A stretch of 64,000 bases of DNA from Candidatus Poribacteria bacterium (GTDB lineage Bacteria; Poribacteria; WGA-4E; PCPOR2b), in NCBI GenBank assembly GCA_965198175.1, contig OZ240245.1:4192001-4256000 (forward strand), in the 5' to 3' direction. The number at the start of each line of letters is the position of its first letter. Positions within the stretch are counted from its first letter, which is position 1. Position numbers and translations under genes: made by a program. Below the pieces are notes generated by a model. That model was not told the origin of the DNA. It saw nothing but the letters and a program-made list of their open reading frames with translations, and did no database searches. Below are positions 1 to 10,931 of this stretch, piece by piece.

Positions 1-2
1 TG

Positions 3-428
3 CATGTCAAGCCGCAGGATAAGATGGACATGTTCAACTTCAATCCCGTCTAGTTCAAAATGGCTCAACATCTGACGATAAGGGGCATCCAGCCAGTTCT
101 CCACACCGATCCGCTTTGCCCCGTTATCTCTCAGAAAGTTGATACATGCCTGCATCGGGTAAAGGCTGCGGCATTCGCCCCGGAGATCTTCGGGGACGCC
201 CGCCCAGTGAATTTTTCCCTCTCCCGCCTCTACCATAGAACCGTAAGCAAAACTGACTAGCTTGCCATGCATAGAACCAAGCGCGAAGAAACCCGACTGC
301 TCTAATGCGCTCAAATCAGCCTTCGTGAGCGGCTGAAATCCGCGCACAGTGGCGTAAGCGTCATTTATCAAGGATAGCGCTGCGTCTCGATTTTTTGTGT
401 TCAGTTTTTCGACGCTTAGGTGATTCAT
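3..428 (-). CDS. GNAT-like acetyltransferase, partial (runs off the window start)
   Basis: Manual translation from ATG at 428 (MNHLSVEKLNTKNRDAALSLINDAY...GKIHWAGVPEDLRGE...ACINFLRDNGAKRI) stays open to the window edge; the pattern resembles a GNAT fold. Confidence 0.5.
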   Translation of the reverse strand, partial: MNHLSVEKLNTKNRDAALSLINDAYATVRGFQPLTKADLSALEQSGFFALGSMHGKLVSFAYGSMVEAGEGKIHWAGVPEDLRGECRSLYPMQACINFLRDNGAKRIGVENWLDAPYRQMLSHFELDGIEVEHVHLILRLDM

Positions 429-880
429 TCGATACCACAGTGGTGACAATGCATGAATCATGGATGTAGAAAAACCCCCAATTTAAGAAACATCAGGGGT
501 TATCGTTCGTGATTTCGTTCCGTAGGTCACAGTCACTTCTGCAAAACAACATTGACGACAGATTCCATCGTCAGGATATCCCTTATTTTTAACCAATAGT
601 GAACACCATCATTCCCTTGTTCATCGCAGGCGGATTTAATGGCAATTTTACCGTCTTCATGAAACTTGCAGGCTGAAGATGCCAGGACAAAACGATCTCC
701 TCGTTGTTCATACACGGCAAAGCCAGTACCGGGGCAAGGGAGTTCCACTCCCCGCGCTTTCTTGTTGTGAGGCAGTTTCGCAAGATGTCTTTGTTTACCG
801 GTGAAAGGTAGAAATTCTTTTGCTATGGAACATCACTCACAGTCAAGTGCCGCTGTAGAAGTTCTCGCACGTTTCAGGCA

Positions 881-3295
881 CTACTTGCCAGCTTGGATGA
901 CGCGATCCACGAGCCCGCCGGATTGGCATGGTCCAGTGAGATCTGACCCTGCAACTGCCGCCGGTGCCCCCCAGAGCATCATGTTCTGATAATAATCGGC
1001 GCCGAATGCCTGCTGCCCGGTATCGGCATCGCCACGCACTGTATTCGGCATGTCCCAAGTATAACCCCATCGACAGACGATGTTATACATACATTTGTGG
1101 AGCAGTTCGAGACCAAAATCTTGCTGTCCTCCGTACATGAAGGTCATGGCAAGCATGTATAACTCCGGCGGGAAATAGCTATAGGTTCCGTAGCCGCCTA
1201 CCTTGGCAAGCGCCCCATCTGCATTCGTGTAGTTGAGAGCGCCGGACTGACTAAGCGCACAGTTAAATTTCTGTAGTGTCTGTAGTGTTTTATCTACACG
1301 ATCTTTGGGAAACGCACCGGGTACTCCGTGCCAGTCGGTAATCCACTGACCATCAAGCTGATAACCGAAGATAAGATCTGACTTCTGACCGGTTTCCGGC
1401 TCATTGAAGTTCAGATAATACTCTCCTGCCCAGAGGTGCTCTTCTAGCGCCGCTGCCCCAGCTTCGATCCAATCATCGCACTTCTTGAGATATTCATGAT
1501 CGTTCATCGCCTCCGCCATACGGTACATGATTCTCACTTGAGCGAGTCGAACGGCTCCGGCATGGGTCACATACCCTTTCCAGCCGGGATCGGGTGCTTC
1601 AAACCATTCCGTATCGCCCAAACCGTGTGAGTCTGTACCTGGGGTTGGCATCGCAATGACCTGCGACAGTCCATACGCTTGCCTCAAGTTCATCGAAAAA
1701 TCGTTGCAACGCTTGAGTGAATCCCAGAACTCCTCAAGCATACTATCATCTCCCGAGGCTCGCCAAATCCGATCTGCCATAATAATGTAGCACGCTCCGT
1801 TAAGTACAGTCTGGTATCCGACATCGGGTTTGCTTAGTTCATAAGGCGGCCGATTCCCTTCATCAATGGCGGTGACACCGCCAAAAATCCAGGGCGGTCG
1901 TCCGTCCTCATACTGGTATGCCTTCTGCCCGCGTAAGGTCGATAAGGCGGCTTCAGGAAAGAAATAGACCAATGGTATATTCCCGTAGAAACTACAGGGA
2001 AGACATTCAATTTGCGGACAGCCTCGGGGACACTCGTTTAATCCGAAAACGCCGTCATCGGATTTGCACCAGTCGCCGATTGGCGCCTTGGCTTGACCCC
2101 AAATACTGCATTCGGGAATAAGGTAAAGGTTGTTAATCAATGAATCTGCAAGCCAGCCCGGAATCGTGGGGTCTTGGTAAACAACTTCCTGCCAGGAGAT
2201 TATTCTTTGTAGCAGCGACTCGCCGTCACTTGCTAACAACTTGGCAGTCGTTAGTGCGTCCGTGTGGTGTTTGGCATACATGTGTGTGAGCAGGTTCGTA
2301 TTTGAATGGGATGGCGCCCCACCCGCTCTCCAGTGCGGTGCGTGCCACGCTAGCACCAAACGGTAAGTTTTGGTTTCGCCAGCGCCGAGATCAAAATCGA
2401 ACGCCAGAGACGCGCCAGTTTCACCCATGCCGGTATGTGGAAGTTGCTCTGCAATATTAGCCCATGCGCCACCGTCCGCGTTCAGCGGTCCACCGCAACG
2501 AGTTACACCTTCCTCAATTGCCGCTAAGACATACGCCATCTCCCATGCGTCGTCCTCCACACCGCTCTCCACGTGCAAGCCGTTCAACTCGCCCTGCAGC
2601 ACCTGGCGGCGAACTTGCCCTTCGGCATTCCCCTCGGCAGACAGTTCAAAACCGGGAAAACTGAAGACGAGCGTGCCTTTTTTGTCCGCACTGCCAGGAT
2701 TGCGCACCGTGAGCTCAAAAACGGCGCCGGGCGCCATGGAAATGGCTGTGTCGCCGGGGATGAACGGCGACCATGCACGCATGCCAACTTCCACGGAGGC
2801 ACTCGTGTTGAATTCCATATCAACAATCGGGTAATGTCCCCAATAGTCGATGGAGTCAGCGATTTCCACCCCCTCCAGCTCAATATCAGTAAAACGGGGG
2901 GTGTAGTCGATTGGGGGGAACGTAGCAATACTCTCGCTGTCCTTCGGCGTATAATCCTTGCCCAGTGTATCCGAAATTAGCACCCAAGTCCTATCTTCGC
3001 TATGCAACCCCAAAAAGGGGAGGTTTAGCAGAAGGCGGGGATTGACCAAGTGATTGAAGATTGTACTGTAACCCAGCATCCCATTGGACTCGATATCAAT
3101 ACAGCCAGTGTCGAGACCTCCCAACGGCATACCGCACGTGGGACGGGGGTCGCCCCGATAAATTACGCCGGTCACGGGCTTCGCATACCCCTCAGCTTGA
3201 AACTCGTGCCACCTAGCGTGAAGCAGGTGGGACGGAAACAACCGATTCCCGGAGTTCGCAGCACGTTGGGAATCATCATTGTGATATTGTGTCAT
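881..3295 (-). CDS. GH116 family glycosyl hydrolase (non-lysosomal glucosylceramidase-like)
   Basis: 804 aa; N-terminal GMPLGGLDTGCI motif; YPIVDMEF and AWSPFIPGD segments; C-terminal LWAGEYY and QLDGQW barrel motifs. Confidence 0.85.
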   Translation of the reverse strand: MTQYHNDDSQRAANSGNRLFPSHLLHARWHEFQAEGYAKPVTGVIYRGDPRPTCGMPLGGLDTGCIDIESNGMLGYSTIFNHLVNPRLLLNLPFLGLHSEDRTWVLISDTLGKDYTPKDSESIATFPPIDYTPRFTDIELEGVEIADSIDYWGHYPIVDMEFNTSASVEVGMRAWSPFIPGDTAISMAPGAVFELTVRNPGSADKKGTLVFSFPGFELSAEGNAEGQVRRQVLQGELNGLHVESGVEDDAWEMAYVLAAIEEGVTRCGGPLNADGGAWANIAEQLPHTGMGETGASLAFDFDLGAGETKTYRLVLAWHAPHWRAGGAPSHSNTNLLTHMYAKHHTDALTTAKLLASDGESLLQRIISWQEVVYQDPTIPGWLADSLINNLYLIPECSIWGQAKAPIGDWCKSDDGVFGLNECPRGCPQIECLPCSFYGNIPLVYFFPEAALSTLRGQKAYQYEDGRPPWIFGGVTAIDEGNRPPYELSKPDVGYQTVLNGACYIIMADRIWRASGDDSMLEEFWDSLKRCNDFSMNLRQAYGLSQVIAMPTPGTDSHGLGDTEWFEAPDPGWKGYVTHAGAVRLAQVRIMYRMAEAMNDHEYLKKCDDWIEAGAAALEEHLWAGEYYLNFNEPETGQKSDLIFGYQLDGQWITDWHGVPGAFPKDRVDKTLQTLQKFNCALSQSGALNYTNADGALAKVGGYGTYSYFPPELYMLAMTFMYGGQQDFGLELLHKCMYNIVCRWGYTWDMPNTVRGDADTGQQAFGADYYQNMMLWGAPAAVAGSDLTGPCQSGGLVDRVIQAGK

Positions 3296-3454
3296 TGCAT
3301 CACCTCAATATTATTTGGAAATGCAGCGTAAGCCCGAACGGTTTTTCAAGCCCTTTCGGTTTCAACTAAACTTAACGGAGTGATATTATGAAATTACATT
3401 CAATAGCTTTGAAATTGGATTTATGACATAGAATGTTGATTAATTCCTGTTCCG

Positions 3455-4279
3455 TTACTCGGAGCGTAGGCGCAGTTGATACAGGTCGTGTTCCCGAATC
3501 GTCTCCGCGCGCTCCACAATTTGTTCAAAATCTTCGTTATACGAGACGATGCGACCGGATAAGGCAGGACAGGAGTGCTCAATAATTTTTGCGACAGCTA
3601 GAGCAACATCTTCAGCAGCGTGATCTTGACCGAGGGAAAGGCCTTTTTTGACGTGAGGGAGCCAACGTTGTCCTTGTTCGGCGTTCGCTAAGATTTCAGT
3701 CATTTCGGAACGGACGAATCCCGGCCACAGACCATAAACCTGAATGTCATACTCATCCCCTAATTCGGACGCCAAGGTATCGGTCATCCGCATGAGCCCG
3801 GCGCTGGCACTTGCATAACCCGTCCCTCCTACGTTGGGCTGGTCGTACCCGCCCCCAGCCATATTCATGATGATTCCCCTGTTTTCCTTCATCATGTGGG
3901 GAAGAACGGCGTGGCAGCAGAGAAATCCGCCGAACAGCTTTGTCTTGACATCCGCCCACCAAGAGTCCGGGTCAACTTCCCACAATCCACCAATGCCATG
4001 GAAGACAGCAGCGTTGTTTACGAGAACATCTATCTTTCCGAAAGCGTTCAGGGTCTGCTCCACCATCCGCTCCACCTGATTCCTGTCAGTTACATCAGTT
4101 GGCACAGAAAGCGCAACCCCACCCTCCGACTTAATTGTATCAACCGTCTCGCGGAGTCGAGCCTCACTACGAGCTGTACAGACCACCTGTGCTCCACGCC
4201 CGGCTAGCTCAATGGCGATTGCACGACCGATTCCAACGCTGCTCCCTGTAACAATCGCAGATATTCCGTCTACTTTCAT
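3455..4279 (-). CDS. SDR family NAD(P)-dependent oxidoreductase
   Basis: TGSSVGIG, IDVLVNNAA and YASAS (K of YxxxK is replaced); start chosen at ATG 4279 after a GGGAG RBS. Confidence 0.9.
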   Translation of the reverse strand: MKVDGISAIVTGSSVGIGRAIAIELAGRGAQVVCTARSEARLRETVDTIKSEGGVALSVPTDVTDRNQVERMVEQTLNAFGKIDVLVNNAAVFHGIGGLWEVDPDSWWADVKTKLFGGFLCCHAVLPHMMKENRGIIMNMAGGGYDQPNVGGTGYASASAGLMRMTDTLASELGDEYDIQVYGLWPGFVRSEMTEILANAEQGQRWLPHVKKGLSLGQDHAAEDVALAVAKIIEHSCPALSGRIVSYNEDFEQIVERAETIREHDLYQLRLRSE

Positions 4280-4569
4280 CAGGTACTCCCTTAGGTCCTC
4301 AGAAGATGTGCGTACCGATTTTCTTTGCAAAATCTGATTGAAAATGGGGATTTTGGTGACCTCCCGACGCGCCCTCGTCAGTTATCCATGTACACCCCAA
4401 GTTTTGGGCAGTGGGACGATTCCCTCTCATCAAATGCTGCACCATTTGCACAATCATCATTGATGCGGAATTATACATCGAATCAAGAGTTATGTCAAGA
4501 TGTAGCATTTGCATCAATCCGGCGAAATAATCAGGTATGCGGTATTCCGTTCCGCGTCATATCTTTACC

Positions 4570-4598
4570 TTGACAGAGTTTTCGGCTTTTGCTATGAT
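4570..4598 (+). promoter_or_regulatory. sigma70-type promoter
   Basis: TTGACA-17bp-TATGAT with an extended TG, upstream of ATG 4662. Confidence 0.6.
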
Positions 4599-4661
4599 AT
4601 TTTAGTGTCTTTTCGCCATGCTAAAAGCCATGGCTCTGCTTCGAAGAAAGCTAGGAGAGAT

Positions 4662-6503
4662 ATGAAAATTCAGAAAATCGCGTTAAGTTTTGTTTGGGTG
4701 TTGACGATTCAGATACATGCTCATGCCGATGCTTTTCTGTCCCACACATCAGGGAATGTCCAAGTATCTGTATCAGACTTTGGTTCATTGGGGGCAATTC
4801 GAGATGGGAGTCTCACCTCGAACTTCAGGTTTCCAAAAACCGAGGATATCCATTATCTACAAGGACAATCTGAGATCTGGATTGGCGATTTGAACGGGAA
4901 CGTGGCAAATGTATGGGAGTTCACAGACCGGTTTCTTTTGGGTGAATGGGCGACTACCCAATCGGGGGCAATCAATAAGGTCGTGGAAACTGATGGCCGA
5001 GAAATTATCACCTCTCAATATATTTCGACACGTAATTCAGACTTCCCGCTCAATCTTTTGGTCGATCAACAGAGTTTTTCTTGGAGCACCAACAACTACC
5101 CTGATGCAGACGATTTCATCGTGATTAAGCTAATCATTACCAATAATAGTAACAACCATCTCAGCAACATCTATGTCGCTATGATGACAAATTGGGACGT
5201 TGATGAAACAGACCCCGCCGCAGGACAGTTGAGCCGGGATTGGGTGGATTGGGACGAAAGTCGTCAATCGTTATTGACTTACGATGGAGACGATACAGAT
5301 GGAATCAATCCAGCGCACATGGGGCTGTCCCTGCTTGATGGGAAATTAAGCGTCCAACAAATTGTTCCATTTTTTGACCCTAGTGGCCAGATTTTCAGCT
5401 CCATCTTCGTTGATTCCAATAGATCAGTGTTGATGGCACCTCCCACTTTTTTTGCCTCGAGCCAACAGGATATAGAAGGGTTGGGGTTCCCACCTTGGGA
5501 TTACGTGTCAATCATCTCAGCAGGGCCTTACGACATCCGAGCGAAAAAGTTTATTACTGTCACCTTTGCCCTCGTTGGAGGTGAGAATCTCCTAGATCTC
5601 CAGAGGAACATTGATGCCGCACGACGCATCAGTTTTGCGCCGCAAGGTCTGAAAGCGGAGATCACACCTGATGGAGTTACATTAAAATGGGAGGCATCAA
5701 TTAACCCAAGTGTAGTCGGCTACGCACTCTTGAGACGAACCGCAGAAGAACAGAATTTTCAGCAGCTCAAAATAGTAGGCGGGATTTCCTCGGATGATAC
5801 AGAAATCGATCGATATGGGGTTGAACATATCTATAAACTTCGCCCTGTCGATATAAACGGACGACCGTTTGAATTTGACTCACCGGAGGTTCGTATCATC
5901 CCTAATCTCATGCCGGATGCACCCGAAGGCTTAACAGCAACGCTTAGTGGCGACCGCGTCACACTCAACTGGAAAAAATCTACTGAGCCGTTTGCAGGAT
6001 ACATAATTAATCGCAACCACACAGGACAGTCCCCATGGACACCGATTGCATCCGTCCCACCCGAAAATACTAGCTTTGTTGATATCAACGTCTATCCCGG
6101 TTTCAAGTATTTCTACGCGATTAACGCGACGAATCAATTTGATGGACGAAGCAATTTCTCTGCCTCCGTGAGCATCGTTATTCCTGAAGAAACGAGTGTC
6201 ACCACCGCATTGGACCTGGGAAATGTGGTTGTTGTTCCGAACCCGTATCGTCGCAGTGCAGATGCCAATCATCTTGAATTTCGCAACTTGACCCGCCACG
6301 CTACGATTCGCATATACGACAGTATAGGGAATCTCATCAAGCTAATTGATCGCACCAAAGAGGGGCACGTTGAACATTGGGATGGGCGGAATGACGAAGG
6401 CGAGCTAATCTCCCCAGGGGTTTACGTCTACCACGTTGAAGCGCCAAAAGCGGCAGGGAGAGGAAAGATTTCATCCAGCGGCAAATTTGCTGTGGTTCGG
6501 TGA
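4662..6503 (+). CDS. Secreted protein with fibronectin type III domains and an FlgD/T9SS-like C-terminal domain
   Basis: Signal peptide (…AHA); FN3-like PQGLKA..LKWE and PEGLTA..LNW; C-terminal VVPNPY…WDGRND…PGVYVY. Confidence 0.75.
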   Translation: MKIQKIALSFVWVLTIQIHAHADAFLSHTSGNVQVSVSDFGSLGAIRDGSLTSNFRFPKTEDIHYLQGQSEIWIGDLNGNVANVWEFTDRFLLGEWATTQSGAINKVVETDGREIITSQYISTRNSDFPLNLLVDQQSFSWSTNNYPDADDFIVIKLIITNNSNNHLSNIYVAMMTNWDVDETDPAAGQLSRDWVDWDESRQSLLTYDGDDTDGINPAHMGLSLLDGKLSVQQIVPFFDPSGQIFSSIFVDSNRSVLMAPPTFFASSQQDIEGLGFPPWDYVSIISAGPYDIRAKKFITVTFALVGGENLLDLQRNIDAARRISFAPQGLKAEITPDGVTLKWEASINPSVVGYALLRRTAEEQNFQQLKIVGGISSDDTEIDRYGVEHIYKLRPVDINGRPFEFDSPEVRIIPNLMPDAPEGLTATLSGDRVTLNWKKSTEPFAGYIINRNHTGQSPWTPIASVPPENTSFVDINVYPGFKYFYAINATNQFDGRSNFSASVSIVIPEETSVTTALDLGNVVVVPNPYRRSADANHLEFRNLTRHATIRIYDSIGNLIKLIDRTKEGHVEHWDGRNDEGELISPGVYVYHVEAPKAAGRGKISSSGKFAVVR

Positions 6504-6715
6504 TGTGCAGCACTGACTACCTGACTTGTGATTAGACAATTTCAGAATTGCACGTAGACCGGATTTCTAAGGGCTTATCTCTATGAATTTAGCGAGAATT
6601 GACCCATGAGAGTCGTCTGCGGCGAACGGGGATGTGGCAATCGATTGCGGATTTCGGATTTAGCTGCCAAGAAAACTTTCTACTGAAAGATGGTTTACAA
6701 CAGAAAGTTTTGGGC

Positions 6716-6744
6716 TTGATTCGATTTCGGTATTGTGCTAGAAT
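6716..6744 (+). promoter_or_regulatory. sigma70-type promoter for amtB
   Basis: TTGATT-17bp-TAGAAT with an extended TG. Confidence 0.45.
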
Positions 6745-6915
6745 GTATAGCAGGTACATCTCTAGCGAATGAACGGGCAATTTTAAGGCACACAACTGGA
6801 AAAATCGATGGAATGATAGAGCTTGTGTGCGGAAGGTATTTAGGGATCGCTCTCTTTTCTCAATCGTATTCGGTCCATCTATCATCCAACATCCAATCTG
6901 AAATGGAGGTCTACG

Positions 6916-8307
6916 ATGCAACAGCAAGATGATTCAGAATTCGTGAAATACCTGAAGAAACAAGAAAGGCTTTCAAATCTAAGCAAACATAGAAGCGTTT
7001 TGACGGTGCTAGTGGCACTAACCCTCCTGGCAATACCGACGCTTGCGTTGGCAAACGATGAACTCAACTCAGGCGACACGGCCTGGATGCTTACTTCAAC
7101 CGCACTGGTACTGTTCATGACGATTCCCGGTCTTGCGCTTTTCTACGGTGGTCTGGTGCGCACGAAAAATGTCCTGTCGGTGTTGATGCAGTGTTTTGCG
7201 CTGACCGGACTGATGACCATTTTATGGCTCGTGTGTAACTACAGTCTTGCATTTGATGCAAAAGGTATGGAAGGCGGAACAGTCAACCTCCATTCATTTG
7301 TGGGAAGTTTAAGTAAGAGTTTTCTCCGCGGCATATCGGTAGACACCCTATCCGACAGTATTCCGGAGACTGTCTTTGTAATGTTCCAGTTGACCTTTGC
7401 CATTATCACGCCGGCGCTTATTGCAGGCGCATTTGCAGAGCGCATGAAGTTTTCTGCGATGCTCTGGTTTATGGGAATCTGGTCTATCGTCGTATATGCA
7501 CCGCTGTGTCACATGGCTTGGAGCGGCGACGGCTCTTTCTTCGGAAATATTTTAGGCGCTCTCGACTTTGCTGGCGGAACAGTGGTGCACATCAATGCGG
7601 GAATCGCCGCGCTGGTCGCAGCACTCGTAATCGGCAAACGGCGCGGCTTTCCGGATAGACCAATGCCGCCTCACAGCCTGACATTAACCGTAGTTGGGGC
7701 TTCGATGCTCTGGGTCGGTTGGTTTGGTTTCAACGCAGGTAGCGCCTTGGCTGCGGACGGTTTAGCTGGTAGTGCGATGCTTGTTACTCAGATCTCCACA
7801 GCGACAGCCGCACTAACCTGGATGTTCGTCGAGTGGGCAAGGCACGGTAAGCCAAGCGTACTCGGTATCGTTACCGGCGCCGTAGCCGGTCTTGTGGCGA
7901 TTACACCCGCTTCTGGTTTTGTTGGTCCAATCGGTGCACTAGTCATCGGTATAGCATCGGGGGCAATCTGCTACTGGGGCGCCACCAGCCTCAAGCAATC
8001 ACTTGGCTACGATGATTCTCTTGACGCCTTTGGCGTCCACGGCATCGGCGGGATTGTCGGTTGCTTGTTAACCGGTGTGTTCGTCGCTAAAGGGTTGGGC
8101 GGCGGCGGCCTTGCTGATGGCATGACCATCGCAAAGCAAATCGGCGCTCAGTTCATCAGCGTTGTCTTTACCCTAATCTATTCTGGGGTGCTCTCTTTCA
8201 TCATTCTCAAGATTATTGATGCCACAGTTGGGTTGCGTGTCGATCTAGAAGAAGAACTTGAAGGTCTTGATCTCACGCTGCATAACGAACGGGGATACAA
8301 CCCGTAG
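6916..8307 (+). CDS. amtB: Ammonium transporter
   Basis: GDTAWML, PGLALFYGG, DFAGGTVVH, WFGFNAGS, DDSLDAFGVHG and the C-terminal GLDLTLHNERGY. Confidence 0.97.
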   Translation: MQQQDDSEFVKYLKKQERLSNLSKHRSVLTVLVALTLLAIPTLALANDELNSGDTAWMLTSTALVLFMTIPGLALFYGGLVRTKNVLSVLMQCFALTGLMTILWLVCNYSLAFDAKGMEGGTVNLHSFVGSLSKSFLRGISVDTLSDSIPETVFVMFQLTFAIITPALIAGAFAERMKFSAMLWFMGIWSIVVYAPLCHMAWSGDGSFFGNILGALDFAGGTVVHINAGIAALVAALVIGKRRGFPDRPMPPHSLTLTVVGASMLWVGWFGFNAGSALAADGLAGSAMLVTQISTATAALTWMFVEWARHGKPSVLGIVTGAVAGLVAITPASGFVGPIGALVIGIASGAICYWGATSLKQSLGYDDSLDAFGVHGIGGIVGCLLTGVFVAKGLGGGGLADGMTIAKQIGAQFISVVFTLIYSGVLSFIILKIIDATVGLRVDLEEELEGLDLTLHNERGYNP

Positions 8308-8479
8308 CTGAGAATCTTTGGAGGCGATGAAGGACCGAAGAATGGGAAGATGTTCCTTTTTCCCTCTTCTTCCCCGCTCCGCTTCTCAGTGCGATATTCC
8401 ATCTCAGCCGATATAAGCCTGATTGTAGCGACGTGCTTGGTGAACCCCTGCGGCAACTAAAGAACCCCACCTCGTTACG

Positions 8480-8863
8480 ATGAATGCACATAACACAGTA
8501 AAAACCTACTTTGATGCGCTTGTCACGGGGGATGCCCCGCGACTCATAGAGATGATGTCATCGGCAGATTACTACGTGAAAATCGGGACGCAGGTTGGTG
8601 AGTCTGTTGAGGGAAACGAAAACGCGATTGATTACTATAAACACCACGTTGCAAGCACAACGGATTTCACAATCACGTTTGAACATCTCGACATCCAGGA
8701 GCGGGAAAGTGTCGCATGGTTTTATACACGGCAGGTTTGGTGCCTGAAATGGAAGGGTGTATTTGAGAAGCTATCAATGCGTATGACTGGTGTACTAGAG
8801 AAAGAAAATGGGAACTGGAGGTTTGTACAAATCCACGCCTCAGTGGGGTTCCCTTCCGAATAA
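8480..8863 (+). CDS. SnoaL-like / NTF2 family protein
   Basis: 127 aa ending RMTGVLEKENGNWRFVQIHAS. Confidence 0.8.
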   Translation: MNAHNTVKTYFDALVTGDAPRLIEMMSSADYYVKIGTQVGESVEGNENAIDYYKHHVASTTDFTITFEHLDIQERESVAWFYTRQVWCLKWKGVFEKLSMRMTGVLEKENGNWRFVQIHASVGFPSE

Positions 8864-8963
8864 ATTCATTCCGGGAATATGGGAGGAGGGGAAGAATTTT
8901 TTCTTCTCCTCCTTGCTACTTGAAGACTTCATTATACCGATATTGACTCCAGGAGACCTGCTT

Positions 8964-9944
8964 ATGAGTATGTCAGTTGAATTGTGCAAGACCATGTACA
9001 AAGATATGTGGCGCATTCGGCTTTTCGAGGAAGAAGCAAGCCGCCAGACGAACCTCGGTAACGTGATGGGTGCGCTTCACATGTACTGTGGAGAGGAAGC
9101 AGTCGCCGTCGGTGTGTGCGCCAATCTGCGGAAAGATGACTACGTCCTGGGCACACATCGCAGTCATGGCCACTGCCTGGCTAAGGGGGCAGATGCGCGC
9201 CTTATGATGGCTGAGCTTTTTGGCAAGGCTACGGGGACTTGCGCCGGGAAAGGTGGTTCGATGCACATTGCCGATTTCTCTCGCAACATGCTCGGCGCCA
9301 ACGGTATCGTCGGTGCCGGCATCGCACCAGCCACCGGCGCCGCGCTCGCCAGCAAGATGCGCGATACGGACCAGGTGTCAGTCTGCTTTTTCGGTGATGG
9401 CGCTGCTGCTCGCGGTACTTTCCACGAAGGCATCGGGCTGGGGTCTTTGTGGAAGCTTCCCGTCGTATACGTTTGCGAGAACAATCAGTACCAACAGTGG
9501 GTGCCGCGTATGAACGTGGCGGTTCTCGATTCAGTTTCCGACATGGCTGGAGCCTACGCGATTCCTGGCGTGTCGGTCAACGGACAGGACCCCGTTGAGG
9601 TTTACGAGGTTGCGAGTGAGGCAATCAACCGCGCTCGAAACGGTGGTGGGCCAACGTTAATCGAAGCACGGACCTACCGGTTCTACGGACACAGCTTAGG
9701 TGACGAACAGCAATACCGTTCCGCCGAGGAAATCGAGGGTTGGAAGACCGACCGTGATCCGATTAAGACCCTGCACTCATTCATGGTGGACCGCCAGTGG
9801 CTAACTGACCAAGAAGACGCGGAGATTCAGGACGAGGTCAAGGGCGAGATTGCCGGCGCCGTAAAATTCGCCGAGGATAGCCCGTTCCCGGAGCCTGAAA
9901 ACGTGACCACGGATGTCCTCGCCCCGGCGCAGGAGGTGGGATGA
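8964..9944 (+). CDS. TPP-dependent dehydrogenase E1 alpha (acetoin/pyruvate dehydrogenase-like)
   Basis: THRSHGH, GKGGSMH, FGDGA…CENNQY and TYRFYGHS; GGAG RBS. Confidence 0.95.
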   Translation: MSMSVELCKTMYKDMWRIRLFEEEASRQTNLGNVMGALHMYCGEEAVAVGVCANLRKDDYVLGTHRSHGHCLAKGADARLMMAELFGKATGTCAGKGGSMHIADFSRNMLGANGIVGAGIAPATGAALASKMRDTDQVSVCFFGDGAAARGTFHEGIGLGSLWKLPVVYVCENNQYQQWVPRMNVAVLDSVSDMAGAYAIPGVSVNGQDPVEVYEVASEAINRARNGGGPTLIEARTYRFYGHSLGDEQQYRSAEEIEGWKTDRDPIKTLHSFMVDRQWLTDQEDAEIQDEVKGEIAGAVKFAEDSPFPEPENVTTDVLAPAQEVG

Positions 9945-10915
9945 TGAGAACAATCACCTTTGGTGAGGCGCTGAGAGAGGCACTGCACGAGGAAATGGAA
10001 CGTGACGAGACTGTGTTTGTCATGGGCGAAGATGTTATTACGCACGGCGGACCTTACAAGGTTACACAAGGTATTGCGGAACGTTTCCCGGGACGAATCT
10101 TCGAGACACCGATTGCAGAGGCGGGGATTGTCGGCGTGGGAGTAGGTGCAGCGATGGCTGGTATGAATCCCGTAGTTGAGATTATGTACTTGGATTTCAT
10201 TACTTGCGCCATGGACGAGGTGGTCAACCAGGCAGCCAAGATGCGCTACATGACCGGCGGTCAGGCTAGCGTACCTATGGTCATTCGCCTGCCCTGCGGC
10301 GCCGGTCGATTGCTAGCTGCGCAACACTCGCAGATTATGGAATCTTGGTTCATGCACGTCCCTGGCGTACAGGTTGTTGTGCCCTCGACACCGGGCGACG
10401 CCAAGGGGCTGCTTAAGACCGCAGTCCGCAGTCCTGACCCAGTGATGTTCTTCGAATACAAGCGCACGTACACATCTAGAGGTGAGGTGCCGGAGGAAGA
10501 ATACACCATCCCGTTTGGTCAGGCTGACATCAAGCGAGAAGGCGAGGATGCGACCATCGTTGCTATTGGCCCGATGGTACAGAAGTCACTCGAAGCAGCA
10601 GTTCTGTTGGAGGATGATGGCTACGATGTCGAGGTCGTCGATCCGAGAACGCTGTCACCACTTGACTCCGAGACGATTTGTGAGTCCGTTCGGCGAACCG
10701 GTCGAGCTATAGTCTGCGGTGAGGATTCCAGCTTTGCCGGCGCAGCTTCCGAGATAGCAGCGATGATCGGTGAAAACTGTTTTGGAGATCTGAAGGCGCC
10801 GGTGGTTCGCGTGGGCAGCCCTCACGTACCGATGCCATTTAGTCCCGAACTCGTCAAGCACGTTGTGCCTGAAGTTCCCAATATCACCGCAGCCGTTGAT
10901 CGGGTAATGTCGTAG
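9941..10915 (+). CDS. Dehydrogenase E1 beta subunit
   Basis: MGEDV, TPIAEAGIVG, AQHSQ and DPVMFFE; start overlaps the upstream stop. Confidence 0.95.
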   Translation: MMRTITFGEALREALHEEMERDETVFVMGEDVITHGGPYKVTQGIAERFPGRIFETPIAEAGIVGVGVGAAMAGMNPVVEIMYLDFITCAMDEVVNQAAKMRYMTGGQASVPMVIRLPCGAGRLLAAQHSQIMESWFMHVPGVQVVVPSTPGDAKGLLKTAVRSPDPVMFFEYKRTYTSRGEVPEEEYTIPFGQADIKREGEDATIVAIGPMVQKSLEAAVLLEDDGYDVEVVDPRTLSPLDSETICESVRRTGRAIVCGEDSSFAGAASEIAAMIGENCFGDLKAPVVRVGSPHVPMPFSPELVKHVVPEVPNITAAVDRVMS

Positions 10916-10931
10916 GGGGAAGGGGAATTTT

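Noticed and set aside
533..830. Short minus-strand ORFs between the GNAT-like gene and GH116
   Set aside because: No recognisable motif and an uncertain start; possibly a small or frameshifted gene, but not supportable.
6634..6648. TGGCAATCGATTGC as a sigma54 promoter for amtB
   Set aside because: The GG-GC spacing is 9 nt rather than the required 10.
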